From Tubiluchus corallicola (lineage: Eukaryota > Animalia > Priapulida): DNA of 41,961 nucleotides. The stretch covers positions 1 through 41,961 of the forward strand of contig JAQGDQ010001416.1 of NCBI GenBank assembly GCA_030141605.1. The letters are read 5' to 3'. The notes under the pieces were generated by a model. The model made no database searches, was not told the origin of the DNA, and saw only the letters and a program-made list of their open reading frames with translations. Numbering within the stretch: the first letter of the stretch is position 1; the number at the start of each line of letters is the position of its first letter. Positions 12,436-25,644 of the stretch are shown in pieces. The position numbers were made by a program, and so were the translations under genes.

Positions 12436-12807
12436 TATAGGTTTTACACGTCAAATGTAGACCTACGTTAAGTCAAATGTAGATTTAGGTAATTCAAATG
12501 TGTCTTGGTAACTCAAATGTAGACTTAGGTGGTTCAAATGTGTTAACAATGGTTTTCAAGAAATCTTGAGCGTTTTTGGTAAGTCAAATGTAGACACATG
12601 TGAAGTCAAATGTCCTATGTCTACATTTGACTTACCTAAGTCACATTTGAGTTACCAAAAAACATTCAAAATTCCTGTGTCTACATTTGACTTACCTAAG
12701 TCACATTTGAGTTACCAAAACACATTCGAAATTCCTGTGTCTACATTTGACTTACCTAAGTCACATTTGAACTTTCCTGTGTCTACATTTGACGTGTAAA
12801 ACCTATA
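12436..12807. mobile_element. foldback-type MITE with perfect 27-bp TIRs and internal TCAAATGT sub-repeats
   Basis: TATAGGTTTTACACGTCAAATGTAGAC ... GTCTACATTTGACGTGTAAAACCTATA. The same family lies at the centre of the 39.6-42 kb foldback. Confidence 0.85.
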
Positions 12808-13314
12808 TTAAAGCATGACTTTAGATGATTACCTTGGTCAGTTTGGTATGAACGCAGCTACAATGTCATCAGTGTGTTTATATACGAGTAAAGTTTAGGT
12901 TACAATCAGAAGTAATTTTAGTGGACAGTGGTCAGTGACCGTGTGTGCCACAACATCAGCTTTCTTCTCAACTTAGGACACATTTTAGGAAAGATTTTAG
13001 CTGTTTTTGTTTATATTTGTTTTGGTGGTAATTCAGTTAGGATTTTTCTTGTGATTTTATAAAATATAGCAAGTTAAAAAAAATTCGGTGATAGTTCTGT
13101 TACTGAGTTAGCATTCTTTTGCTTACAAATTTGGTCTTGTATCGTCCGTCTTTGGGCACATTACACTCTATTTGCAGTATAAAAATGCTGTTATCTCTGC
13201 CCGCCAATTGATTAGTATCATTTCAGCCAATACTCATCAAATGACATCCAGTATTTGTATGATTGAGTCTGTGACATTTTGCTGTTTGTGAATTTTAATT
13301 ATTTTTGAGAATTT

Positions 13315-13345
13315 AATAAAAATGTTGTTCGTTTTATTTAATAAA
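13315..13345 (+). promoter_or_regulatory. candidate malectin polyadenylation signals
   Basis: AATAAA at 13315-13320 and 13340-13345 with GT/T-rich flanks. These are the first AATAAA found by eye after the stop codon. Confidence 0.4.
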
Positions 13346-13373
13346 TTTAAGATTGCCTTGTTTCTGTCATAAT

Positions 13374-13963
13374 CAGTGGCGGCTCGTAGCTAAAATTAGT
13401 GGGGGTGCTGCTTCAGAAATTTGTTAGCCATTATTTTAATACGTGTAAAACGCAACAAACATATGCAATTTTAATGTTGTAGTTATGTTTGAAGATCGGG
13501 TGTTGAACGAGCTCTTTTCTTAACTGCAACTTTCTCACGGAGAGACAACAGTGAAAAATTAAGCTGTTGTAGTTCACTTACAGTCACAGAACTTATTTCT
13601 TGGAGATGCAAGGCGTCCATTATTAAATAATTTATGTTTTAAGCACACACAATAAGTTTAAATTTTATCATATCTAAGAATATGACAGTACTCGGTAAGC
13701 AAGTCGCAATTGTTACTGTGATAGACACAGTACTTTTCTACCTAGCAACAGACGATAGCATACAGCGTGTTATCTCAGACCACGTTGCTTGGATTGTGAA
13801 GCAAATTGTACTTCCCTCACGCGCTCCGGTTCCGCATAAGTGTAAAAAAGAGCTAAAGAAAAAGGACTTGTTATGTTGAATATTATCGAAAATTATTGTT
13901 GAAAATATAACAATGAGTGAAAACAGGGGGTGCTGCAGTACCACAGTACCTATACACGAGCAC
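13374..13963. mobile_element. possible degenerate hAT-like non-autonomous element
   Basis: CAGTGGCGG start and subterminal GGGGGTGCTGC at both ends. The right TIR and TSD are not clear. Confidence 0.35.
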
Positions 13964-14204
13964 TCAAATTGGACAAATTTCTATTTCAGACGATGACAAA
14001 CAAGATGTGACATTTTGGCAAAAATAATTCATCATTACTGGGCGTAATTGCAATGACGATTTGTTAGTATATGCTTGTAAATGAGCATTAATGAAAGATG
14101 AGCACGATATTCTTTTCAAGCGTTGGTATACCTCAGGGTGATTGCTTAAGTTCTGTTCTGTTTAGGTTTTATCTTGCTATGACTTCAGCAGGTTGTGAGA
14201 TGTG

Positions 14205-14950
14205 AAAAATCGTCGTCGTCTAGGTGCTGCTATGTTCTAAAACATGGAAAGTCCCACCTGTTGATGCCACGCATTCCTGTCCATCGCCACTGCCCACGAT
14301 GCATCACCCTCAAATCTAGATGTGCATTTGCTAAATCTTTTTACCCTATATCTGTATACGTCAGTAACTGACCCTCTCTCGGCCTTTTTGTCGTTTCAAG
14401 CCTTTTACGTAATGTTGTAGGAAGAGGAGATTCCTGAGATAATCTTCTTCTATTTGTTTACTCCAAGGATTCTTCTTAACCACTTCATACACATCATTAT
14501 TGGATATTTTTTCAGGCCACTTAATATCTAACAATTTTCTACAGAGACATCTTTGGAAAGCGTCAATTTCCTGTTTAACTTTTAGTGTCTATAGTTTAAC
14601 ATTGTATAAAAACACAGGTTCAACTAAGGGATCTAAAGGGATCTGACTTGGTTTCTAGAGAAAGTCTTTTGTTTTCGAATAAGTAGACAGTGCAAGAATT
14701 TTCCTTCCTTGTATGTCGGCTCTCGTGTCTAACAAGCTACCAGGGCATTTGTATCTTTTCCATGAATCATTACCTCCTCTTCGAATATGGTAGTCTTCCG
14801 TCTTTGTAATGTTGACTTTACGATTACATTTTTCTAAATGGCGGCTGATTGTACATTTTGCGTCTTGCTGTTCCTCTATGTTAGCTGTAATGTATGTAAC
14901 ATCATCTATGCCATTAATGTATGCATACATGAATTTTAGATCAGTCATCC
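14205..14950 (-). mobile_element. degraded RTE-like LINE relic (RT C-terminal region)
   Basis: Broken minus-strand translation contains NITKTE..WKRYKCPGSLLD..LVEPVFLYN..IDAFQRCLCRKLLDIKWP..AMDRNAW. A (GAC)n-like tail lies near 14210. Confidence 0.65.
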
Positions 14951-15010
14951 TCAGATTACCTCATCATAATTATCCAATATATAGAAAGCCTTGATATCTT
15001 TAGTTTAATA

Positions 15011-15434
15011 CAGGCATGTGCAAATTATCTCACTAGCCGGGCCACATTAAACTTTCCCGCAATTCTTGCTGGCCACAGGCAGTTTGGAAAGGGAGCCAAG
15101 TACAGTAGGACCTAATAACGATGTTTTTGCAACCGATTTGCGCACATCATTACTACTACACTAAGAAACTATTTTAGAAATTATTAAAATTTATATTAAA
15201 AACCATATATTTCGTCATGTCCGACAGTGACATTAAGTGACAACGGTCTTGTAAGGATTAATGTCATCCGATCTAGACGAAAAAACTACCCGCACTATCT
15301 TTGCGATATTGGCGCGGACTTCAGCTGGATCGCGTGGGCCGCACTTTCATTACCTTGACGAACCTCTTCGCGGGCCCCACAAAATCTCTCGACGGGGCGT
15401 AAGTGGCCCGCGGGCCGCAGTTTGCACACCCCTG
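15011..15434. mobile_element. hAT (Charlie-like) MITE
   Basis: TIRs CAGGCATGTGCAAA / TTTGCACACCCCTG, GGCCCGCGGGCC subterminal motifs, and 8-bp TSD GTTTAATA / GTTTAATG. Confidence 0.8.
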
Positions 15435-16014
15435 GTTTAATGCATTATCTTGACAACATTCGCTTCATCTTGAGAATGTAGACGAAGTTACACAAGCCAA
15501 ACAATTAAACAATTACTGAGAGGAAAACATAAATTCAATGCCCGTAACACGAATTAATCTGTAGACTAAAAATAACACTGAGTAACCATTCTTGGAAAAA
15601 GTTAGATAATGATTAGCCGCCACGTGCACGTTGTTTATTTATTAAAAGCCCAGCCTTTAACGTTAACTATTAATTATAATTATAATTCACTTGTACATGT
15701 AGTAGCTAAATGATTCACTTTCTTTCTTTCTCACCATCCTCCTGGTAGATTTTCATCTGTCAGCCGGCGAACACTTGATACAGTTGTGTTCGCCATGAGT
15801 AATTGATTTACTATTAACATAAAATCAAGATGGTGAATTTGAACCGATTTTCCCTGCTACTTAACGAATTTCAGACATACACATGTAACTAGGTTTCATA
15901 GCTTGTTGCACCATTCTTGAATGTGAATTTAACCCTTGTTTCCCTTTTTGCATTATTGTGTATTTTCTTTTGCTTACAAAAGAGAAAACATCAAAGGTTT
16001 TCTAATGTTTTCTG

Positions 16015-16170
16015 TTTTTTCTCTCTCTCTCTCTGTCTCTCTCCCTCTCTGTCACCCTCCCCTCTCTCTCTCGCTTGCCACCTTCTCTCTCTTGTCTCTT
16101 GTTCGCTCTCTTTGTCTCCCTTCCGCGTCTCGCTGCCTCTCCCTTTTTTCTTTTTCTCCCACTCTCACTC
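16015..16170. repeat. CT-rich low-complexity tract
   Basis: Directly visible. Confidence 0.85.
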
Positions 16171-16659
16171 TGTAAAATTCATTTACGTTCTCTCTGTCTA
16201 CATTGCTGAATCATCTTGTATGTTCTAATTTCACCCCAGTTATTATCACATCTTCATATTTTTTTCCGAATGAAAATTTGTTATTGCGAACTTTTTTAAC
16301 CTTTGTATAAAGTTGACATTTTCTGAAAAGGAGAAAATTTTTGACCACGAAATGTCAAAGATTGTCATCCCTGTCAAAGATTGTAAAATATTAATTTTAT
16401 TGTCAATAAACCACCATTACCATTACTATTTCATCTCTCATGTTATCACGGAAAAGGTCCTGGCTTTTCTTCCTGTAACCACATTTCACTCGACCTGGAT
16501 TTACAAGAAACGTAGGTCACGCCTTGCTGGTCCCACTCTTGTCCTTCTGGATAGTGCATTATTGGGGTTCTTTACTGACTAACAAATCAATTATTGATTG
16601 AATAATTGAGAGAGTTATTTGATTGGCTAACTTTTCCACAGTTAGATCTAGCGCTTATG

Positions 16660-17001
16660 ATCCACAAAGAAGTGGTCAGACCCGCTCTAATCTATGGGCT
16701 GGAAGCAGCTTCTCTAAAGAAGACCGAAGAGAAGAAAATGGGTGTGGTGGAGACGAGGATGTTGAGATGGATGGTGGGAATAACAAGAAGAGATAAAATT
16801 AGAAATAATAATATCAGAGGAACAGTAAAAGTAGTGGAAGCCTCGCAAGATTGCGATGGTATGGACACCTGAAAAGAAGAGTCAGTGAAGATCATGTGGG
16901 AAGGGAAGACATAAATGAAGAAATGGTCAACAACAGGAATGCGTGGAGAAGACTCATTCACAACGGCGACCCCGAATAGGGAAAAGCTGGGAAGAAGAAG
17001 A
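16660..17001 (+). mobile_element. 5'-truncated RTE-clade LINE fragment
   Basis: Encodes VVRPALIYGLE..ETRMLRWMVGITRRDKIRN..IRG..RLRWYGH..RNAWRRLI. (GAA)n tail and 16-bp TSD AGATC(T/C)AGCGCTTATG at 16644-16659 and 17002-17017. Confidence 0.88.
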
Positions 17002-18999
17002 AGATCCAGCGCTTATGTCACGAGTAAAAATATTCAAGACGGATATGGGCGAGTTGGAGGGTGGATCGTCTAAGGGGGCACATAATTTCATTAGCCAGGG
17101 CCCCCAAAGGTCGTAATCCGCCCTGCTAAGACCTGAGTACTGACAGCAAAGTTCAAAGAAGAATGTTGGTGTTAAAGGTGAACTGTCTCCTGGTCGTGAG
17201 ATAAACCGACTCACAGGTGACGCCACTTACACTGAATAACCACAAAAGGAGAAAAGATGAAAACTGCATAATGCGATGTTTGATAACTAGAATCAGCTTT
17301 TATTTTTTCAACCGTTAATAAATCCAAGAACTAAAGACAATAAATAAAGCTTGAAGCACGTATGTTTACTGTAATTACAGTATTGTAACTGTGACAGTTA
17401 CAGTAGCGTTGTCAGTTTTACATACCTGCTTCTAAACTAGAATCTACATACCTCATTATAATTAAGGTATTATTAATGTATATACACCTGCCATTTTGAG
17501 ACAGCAGTGCCTTCACAACATTACCTTTACTTGTAACACTTTAAACATCTATAAAATTAACAACAAAAAATCAATACTTTTACGCAAACAGTGCACAGTA
17601 AATTATATAATGGTGTTTTGATTAAAACATGTGACAACAAGTATTCACAAGAATTAGCGATAAAATATTTTGATCACAAACATAATAATATGGATTAATG
17701 AAGGCAGTAAACAATATTACACATGTATAGGTGCAACATATAGATTTGCCAGATATACCTTTGCATATAAATAAATAACAATGTATAATGATCTAATTAT
17801 GTATGTTTGGTCTATAGGTTATATGTATAATATTAGCTTTATAGAGATATAATACAGCAATATCATACAAAGTTCTACATCTTAGATTTAGTAGGAAACA
17901 CACGTACATGACATCTACTGTTTATCCTACAATCAAATGCCATCAGAAAAACTAAAAGTCTATTCACACTGAAGCTAGTCACTGCCCATGCTGAAGATTA
18001 TGAAGAAAGGCTAGAACAGATGGGCCAGCTAGTTAATACTCTCCCTTTGAACACATGGATGGCATGTAAAATATTTGCTCTACAGGACCTGGAATACTCA
18101 TTGAGCAGGCTACTGAAACAGACTACCGGCTCAATAATCCGTTTCTATGCTCCTTTCAGTGTGATCAGTGTTGACAGCCCCAACAGTTTAAGGTGAACAT
18201 TCAGGTTACTGACTTAAATGGAATGTTGGAATATTTCTTTCAGTTATCATATATTATTTTATACTATATTCCGTGTCACAGAATTTCCTACGCTTTGGTA
18301 CATAATTATTAAGCTGATGAAAGTTTACTTCTAAATAAAAGATGCTTAATAATACCTATCAAACACAGCCACAAACATAGACAAAAAATGGTATGTTATA
18401 ACCAATAAATAAAAAAATGTAAACATAGAGGGCTACGCTAACTTTAATATTAAACCCAAGCATGACTAGAAGTGTAGCAGTGTGCTACTGATCTAACTAC
18501 AGACCCACAGATCATAAGAAACGACATAATAATTATCAGCTATTATTAACTTGATTAACATCAAAAACGCGCAGGAAACAAAAGCAAAACATGACGTAAC
18601 AATAATTAGCTAACTGAGCAAATGAAAACACTTGCTGAATTCAGCATCCGATGAGCAGCAGCAGCAGCAGCAACAACAGTAATAAGCATTAATTTAAGCT
18701 TACCCCTTGTACATCACAGTCATGCTAACAGAGTATACTATCATATCAGTAAACAAGCAAAAAAAATCGTACAGTAAATAAGACGGACTACTTCCTGTGA
18801 CATGTTTTGTACTGCTCACAGTGGCTTTGACACACCTGTAAGTTTAATAAGGTCTTAAACTGCGCTGAACTGTGTTGTATCAAATCAGTGTGACATTACG
18901 TTACTGTAATTCTGCATCAGCACATCGTTAACGCACTTTAACTTACTATAAATGGTGTTAACACAATATCAGTTCAGCACAATAGCACTGATAGAAGTA

Positions 19000-19960
19000 A
19001 AATTACATTAAGCAGTGTCAGCACATCAGTGACGGCCTTGAAATTGCATTAAGCAGTGTCAACACATCAGTGATAGCCTTGAAATTGCATTAAGCAGTGT
19101 CAGCACATCAGTGATAGCTATGAAATTGCATTAAGCAGTGTCAGCACATCAGTGATAGCCTTGAAATTGCGTTAAGCAGTGTCAGCACATCAGTGATAGC
19201 CATGAAATTGCATTAAGCAGTGTCAGCACATCAGTGATAGCTATGAAATTGCGTTCAGCAGTGTCAGCACATCAGTGATAGCTATGAAATTGCGTTCAGC
19301 AGTGTCAGCACATCAGTGATAGCTATGAAATTGCATTAAGCAGTGTCAGCACATCAGTGACGGCCTTGAAATTGCATTAAGCAGTGTCAACACATCAGTG
19401 ATAGCCTTGAAATTGCATTAAGCAGTGTCAGCACATCAGTGACGGCCTTGAAATTGCATTAAGCAGTGTCAGCACATCAGTGATAGCCTTGAAATTGCGT
19501 TAAGCAGTGTCAGCACATCAGTGATAGCCTTGAAATTGCATTAAGCAGTGTCAGCACATCAGTGATAGCCTTGAAATTGCATTAAGCAGTGTCAGCACAT
19601 CAGTGATGGCCTTGAAATTGCATTAAGCAGTGTCAGCACATCAGTGATAGTATGAAATTGCATTAAGCAGTGTCAGCACATCAGTGATAGCTATGAAATT
19701 GCATTAAGCAGTGTCAGCACATCAGTGATAGCCTTGAAATTGCGTTAAGCAGTGTCAGCACATCAGTGATAGCTATGAAATTGGCTTAAGCAGTGTCAGT
19801 ACATCAGTGATAGCCTCGAAATTACATTAAGCAGTGTCAGCACATCAGTGACGGCCATGAAATTACTTAAGCAGTGTCAGCACATCAGTGATAGCCTTGA
19901 AATTGCCTTAAGCAGTGTCAGCACATCAGTGATAGCCTTGAAATTACTTAAGCAATGTTA
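19000..19960. repeat. 41-bp tandem minisatellite (~23 copies)
   Basis: Unit CATTAAGCAGTGTCAGCACATCAGTGATAGCCTTGAAATTG. Confidence 0.95.
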
Positions 19961-20545
19961 ATACGTCAGTGATTGCGGAGTTTTCAAGTTACTAAAACAG
20001 TGTCAGTACATCAGCGATGCGCCTGAGATTACCGCATCATTGGATGTGTTAAATTTTGTTGCATGAAACAGGAAAAAGAATAAACATGTTTAAATATATG
20101 ATTAGAAAAAAAGAACAACCATGCATACATTAAACAAAAGAACATGCACATCAAAAATACCGTTTACAAAACAACCAATAATTATTGTATTGGTTAAATT
20201 AAATTATTACTTTGTTACACTTTTTTGGCAAATAGCCAGTGCCCACCATTGGCAGACAACTATTGCTGATGATTAATAACTAATATTTAAAACATTATTA
20301 ATTAGCAAGAACTTCTTGTGCACATTAAACACATTCTAAAACGTGTGGTTGTAGTGCAGCTAACCTATTATAATCAGACGAAATCTACCATTCTAAACAA
20401 ATAAACTCCTATGTTAATCTACAAGTTTGCATTCGTTTCTTTTGTTCATTTTCGTTGATATACATTCATTTTTTGTTTGTTTGTTTACTTGCCTGCTTCT
20501 TCCTCCTTCGCTTTGTTTTCGGTTTTATATTCTTTAGTCAAAAAG

Positions 20546-20561
20546 TTTATTCACGTTTATT
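20546..20561 (-). promoter_or_regulatory. candidate proximal VGLUT polyadenylation signals
   Basis: Two minus-strand AATAAA about 230 nt past the stop codon. A distal candidate is at 17299-17304. Confidence 0.35.
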
Positions 20562-20781
20562 TGTTCATCTATGACCTTAACTAGCGATTATGGTTTTCCA
20601 CACGTATTTTCAGGTCGTTTTTCTGGGTGTAGTAGCTTATAGTTATAGCAGCAACACAAACTGTACGTTATAATGCTGATGCATTTCTATTTTAGTAGAA
20701 AACTACCGTTTCTGTAACATTTAAATACAAACTATATCACTACAAATGCTTTAATCTAGAACACAGTGTCGTCTAATAAGG

Positions 20782-21168
20782 TCAAAGGTCGCGATTGCTA
20801 ATCCCGCCATGCAAGTAGTCCGGTTGAGCTGGTTCCTGCACAAACTGCTCTTTTGTTTCAAACAAAGGATTTGGTACCGAGATTGGTTCAAACGTGGGTT
20901 GGGCCATATATCGCTCATCACCAACAAAGCTGTCATCAAATGCACTGCCAGCAAACTGGTTGGCACCTTTTCCCATCGCACCATAACTGGTTAGTTTGCC
21001 AGTGTATTCGTCCGCCATTTGCGGTGGCTCAGGTCGCCAAGTATCCGGCTCGTGAGGCGGATCTGCCCAGGGTTGCTTTTCCCCAGAAGCAAATATGGCG
21101 TAAAACGTGACGCCAGCAAAGTGGATTAGACTGGCAATAAGGAAAACCTTTTCCCATTCTTTTGCAGT
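20782..21168 (-). CDS. VGLUT: vesicular glutamate transporter, terminal exon (387 nt)
   Basis: TTTCAG acceptor. Encodes [35 protein letters not shown]...ISNRDL*; [14 protein letters not shown] is VGLUT-typical. Confidence 0.93.
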   Translation of the reverse strand, partial: TAKEWEKVFLIASLIHFAGVTFYAIFASGEKQPWADPPHEPDTWRPEPPQMADEYTGKLTSYGAMGKGANQFAGSAFDDSFVGDERYMAQPTFEPISVPNPLFETKEQFVQEPAQPDYLHGGISNRDL

Positions 21169-21266
21169 CTGAAACAGATTAAAGAAAGAAACGTATTAGA
21201 CAGCAATAACGAGGAAACATTCACTAAAGTTTTGCACTATCATATGAGATTTGCTAAGAATATTAA

Positions 21267-21722
21267 CCCTTTTGGACACGTTGTATCCCGTGGGATACGA
21301 GAATATTTTCTGCCTTTAAAATTAATAAAATTTTAAAACGACAGTTATTTGATCTGTTAGTAGTTATTTTGATTTAAGCCAATAACAATAGACTAAAAAT
21401 GGTGATAAAATGGCAAACTAGAAAATCTACATAGCATAAAAAACTGTGCAAGGTACAGTACTTTAGAGACGACTTTGTACAGATCAGCATAGCATGCATA
21501 CTAAATGTCTTAAATACTTTGAGAAATTATCAGCAATTGCAAAATGAAGCACATTTTATGCTTCCATTGAATGCCAATGTATCCCGTGGGATACAGGCTA
21601 TATTTAGCACGCAGGCACAAATAGAAAAAAAATTATTATGTGTAAACAAGATGGACATACTGAATTAAAGTACCAAGCCAAAAAATATTTTCTTATTAAA
21701 AAATAATTTGGGACTGAAAGGG
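21267..21722 (+). mobile_element. piggyBac-like MITE (456 bp), copy A
   Basis: TTAA|CCCTTT ... AAAGGG|TTAA, with the internal palindrome GTATCCCGTGGGATAC twice. Confidence 0.85.
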
Positions 21723-22164
21723 TTAACGACTCTGGAGTATGCAGAAGCAGCGTCAGCACATCAGAATACCCATAAAATTAATCTAAGCAGAGATAGCACA
21801 TTATTGATTCACTAAATTTATTTTAAGTTGTGTTAGTAAATCTCTGATACGCTCAAAATTATCTTATAGCAGTGCGAGCTAAAGTTAGCACATTAGTCAC
21901 ACATTTGGCAGCAGTTGTAGAAGTTCTTTACGAAATGTGAGCTTGACCTCTCCCTGAAGAATCCATTTAACACTGCGTAAAACTGTTTATACTTTAAGAC
22001 TTTTTAACTCCTTAAACTTTTTAAGACTTCGGGGAAAGATTAGCGTACTATGTAGTAAGTTGAACATATCTCGGACAGAAATAAATTTTTCGGAAAACGA
22101 AAGTCTGCTGACCACTTTTCCTGAGCAAGACGATCAAAATCTCAATAATTTTTATGAAAATCTT

Positions 22165-22428
22165 GGCGAGGCGAGGCGTGGCGTGGCGAGGCGAGGCGAG
22201 GCGAGGCGTGGCGAGGTGAGGCGTGGCGTGGCGTGGCGAGGCGAAGCGTGGCGTGGCGTGGCGAGGTGAGGCGTGGCGTGGCGTGGCGTGGCGTGGCGTG
22301 GCGAGGTGAGGCGTGGCGTGGCGAGGCGTGGCGAGGTGAGGCGTGGCGTGGCGTGGCGTGGCGTGGCGTGGCGTGGCGTGGCGTGGCGTGGCGTGGCGTG
22401 GCGTGGCGAGGCGAGGCGAGGCGAGGCG
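22165..22428. repeat. (GGCGT/GGCGA)n pentamer microsatellite
   Basis: Directly visible GC-rich island in an AT-rich intron. Confidence 0.95.
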
Positions 22429-23118
22429 ATGTGACCAGAGACAAAGATCTTGTACCACTTGTGGAAACAGCAACAAAAATGGTAGCAGAGTAAAACTGGC
22501 AATGCACCATACAGCAATTGATGTTACTGATTTTTGCTAGTAGCTGAACAAATTTTAAATGCCAGCTCATAAACAATTTCAGCAATTAAATATGAAGTAA
22601 GCTAATTGGAAGAGCAGATCATGACATATTGATTTACAGTTAGGAATGTGCTGCATGTATCAAGGCCACCCATTAAGGTTATCAGCATGCACAATAAGCT
22701 TTTTTACAGTTTCGTTGTGCGCACGCGCAGTTGCTATATGTCAAAGGTTAAGTCTACCATAGCAGCACGTTTTAACTACAACCGTCACGTGACATATGGG
22801 TAAATCAAAGCCGTCTGCCGCGTCAGTTCAGTAGCTTCAGTTGTTTTGCGTGGACTTTACGTAGTTGTGCATTAGTGCATAGAGTGATTTACTAGCAGGA
22901 TTTTGCTTGAGAACAAGAAAAAATGACCTAGGCAGGATTCTAGCTAGCTGTTAAAACTGTTACTATTACAATAGCATGAGCAGCGAGGCGTTGTCAAGTG
23001 TCCACAAATGCGTTGTCTGGTACACTTTACCTTTGACCCTTTCAAGATCATCATCAATCGCTGGAGCTGTGAAAAGGCTTATTTACAAGAAAATAAAAAA
23101 AAGGTTCTGGCAACTCAC

Positions 23119-23246
23119 CTCATTAATAGTAAGATTTTCTACAATAATTGGGCATATCATTCCAGACAAAGTACCAACACCATTTGATATTCCCATGAGT
23201 ATGCTCGCATAACGTGGAGCAATGTCCAGATGATTCACGTTGAATC
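23119..23246 (-). CDS. VGLUT: VGLUT exon (128 nt)
   Basis: TTGCAG acceptor and GTGAGT donor. Encodes [43 protein letters not shown], an SLC17/VGLUT signature. Confidence 0.96.
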
Positions 23247-23711
23247 CTGCAAAAGAGTGTTAAAATTCCAATAAGTTTGTGCACACTGAAACAGTTCATT
23301 AGAAAAGATTTATTTATTGAGAAGTGCCTTACTCTCGTCTGGCTTACTCAAGCATTTGCTCAAGTAACCAAGGTTGTTTGTTTATAGGGTTTAGAGTGAC
23401 TGGCTACTCACATAGTTGCAGCTGTCTTATGCATTTAAACAGTGAACTTAAAATGGTGATTTGTACAGTGTCCTGAGATGGTTTATCGTGACTTTGTCTC
23501 AGAATTCGCAGCTGTTTAACTTCAAGAAAGCAGTCATAGTGTTACTCAGAAACTCAGCTTGACTACTCTGCTAGTTTACTCAAAGATATACAGTTTATGG
23601 AGATGGTTCAATGTTACATCTAGTTTTCCTCCAACGGTTTAGGCACGTAACTTATTATCACATTTTATAAGTTAGTACACTTTACCAAAGTTTTCTTAGT
23701 TAACCTGGTTA

Positions 23712-25340
23712 AAATGCTCTCAAGTAAACAAGCTCACAATCAGAAATGCTCTCAAGTAAAAGAGCTCACAATCAGAAATGCTCTCAAGTAAACAAGCTCA
23801 CAATCAGAAATGCTCTCAAGTAAACAAGCTCAAAACCAGAAATGCTCTCAAGTAAAAGAGCTCACAATCAGAAATGCTCTCAAGTAAACAAGCTCAAAAT
23901 CAGAAATGCTCTCAAGTAAACAAGCTCACAATCAGAAATGCTCTCAAGTAAACGAGCTCAAAATCAGAAATGCTCTCAAGTAAACAAGCTCACAATCAGA
24001 AATGCTCTCAAGTAAAAGAGCTCAAAATCAGAAAAAGCTTTCAAGTAAACAAGCTCAAAACCAGAAATGCTCTCAAGTAAACAAGCTCAAAACCAGAAAT
24101 GCTCTCAAGTAAAAGAGCTCAAAATCAAAAATGCTCTCAAGTAAACAAGCTCAAAACCAGAAATGCTCTCAAGTAAAAGAGCTCAAAATCAGAAAAAGCT
24201 TTCAAGTAAACGAGCTCACAATCAGAAATGCTCTCAAGTAAAAGAGCTCAAAATCAGAAAAGCTTTCAAGTAAACGAGCTCACAATCAGAAATGCTCTCA
24301 AGTAAACAAGCTCAAAATCAGAAATGCTCTCAAGTACACGAGCTCACAATCAGAAATGCTCTCAAGTAAACGAGCTCACAATCAGAAATGCTCTCAAGTA
24401 AACAAGCTCAAAATCAGAAATGCTCTCAAGTACACGAGCTCACAATCAGAAATGCTCTCAAGTACACGAGCTCACAATCAGAAATGCTCTCAAGTAAACA
24501 AGCTCACAATCAGAAATGCTCTCAAGTAAACAAGCTCACAATCAGAAATGCTCTCAAGTAAACAAGCTCACAATCAGAAATGCTCTCAAGTAAACGAGCT
24601 CACAATCAGAAATGCTCTCAAGTAAAAGAGCTCACAATCAGAAATGCTCTCAAGTAAACAAGCTCAAAATCAGAAATGCTCTCAAGTAAACAAGCTCAAA
24701 ATCAGAAATGCTCTCAAGTAAACAAGCTCACAATCAGAAATGCTCTCAAGTACACGAGCTCACAATCAGAAATGCTCTCAAGTACACGAGCTCACAATCA
24801 GAAATGCTCTCAAGTAAACAAGCTCACAATCAGAAATGCTCTCAAGTAAACAAGCTCAAAATCAGAAATGCTCTCAAGTAAACAAGCTCAAAATCAGAAA
24901 TGCTCTCAAGTAAACGAGCTCACAATCAGAAATGCTCTCAAGTAAACAAGCTCACAATCAGAAATGCTCTCAAGTACACGAGCTCACAATCAGAAATGCT
25001 CTCAAGTAAACAAGCTCAAAATCAGAAATGCTCTCAAGTAAACAAGCTCACAATCAGAAATGCTCTCAAGTACACGAGCTCACAATCAGAAATGCTCTCA
25101 AGTACACGAGCTCACAATCAGAAATGCTCTCAAGTAAACAAGCTCAAAATCAGAAATGCTCTCAAGTAAACAAGCTCACAATCAGAAATGCTCTCAAGTA
25201 CACGAGCTCACAATCAGAAATGCTCTCAAGTAAACAAGCTCAAAATCAGAAATGCTCTCAAGTACACGAGCTCAAAATCAGAAATGCTCTCAAGTAAACG
25301 AGCTCACAATCAGAAATGCTCTCAAGTAAACAAGCTTAAA
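23712..25340. repeat. 32-bp tandem minisatellite (~50 copies)
   Basis: Unit AAATGCTCTCAAGTAAACAAGCTCACAATCAG. Confidence 0.97.
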
Positions 25341-25446
25341 AATCTAGACCAGTAAGCAGTAATTTGCAGTCAGTCAGTAACTCCATCTGAAAGAAGAGAG
25401 TCCAAATTGTCCACACTAAGTAAAGCAGTGATCAATGGTCACCTAC

Positions 25447-25557
25447 CAGATATGGCAAAACCGCTAAAGCCCACTGCAATGATGAGAGAGGTCATTGCTG
25501 TTACAGTACTTCTTGTATAACCGACCACCAGAAGAAAGACAGCTTCCATTCCAAAAC
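25447..25557 (-). CDS. VGLUT: VGLUT exon (111 nt)
   Basis: TTTTAG acceptor and GTAGGT donor. Encodes [38 protein letters not shown]. Confidence 0.95.
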
Positions 25558-25644
25558 CTAAAACAAACAGGCGAAATGTCAAAAATAAGATTTTGTTCCA
25601 AACCACTCTTGAGAAATGAATCAACAGACAAAGTGACTTTACTG

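Noticed and set aside
20751-21110. Overlapping alternative-frame ORFs at the VGLUT last exon
   Set aside because: They are shadows of the real exon. Only the frame ending at 20782 continues the spliced VGLUT reading frame.
22048-22585. RHATP/RGVAW repeat ORFs and the other minisatellite ORFs (4981-5474, 24900-25297, 29818-30717, most of 34496-35206)
   Set aside because: They are artefacts of stop-poor tandem repeats inside introns.
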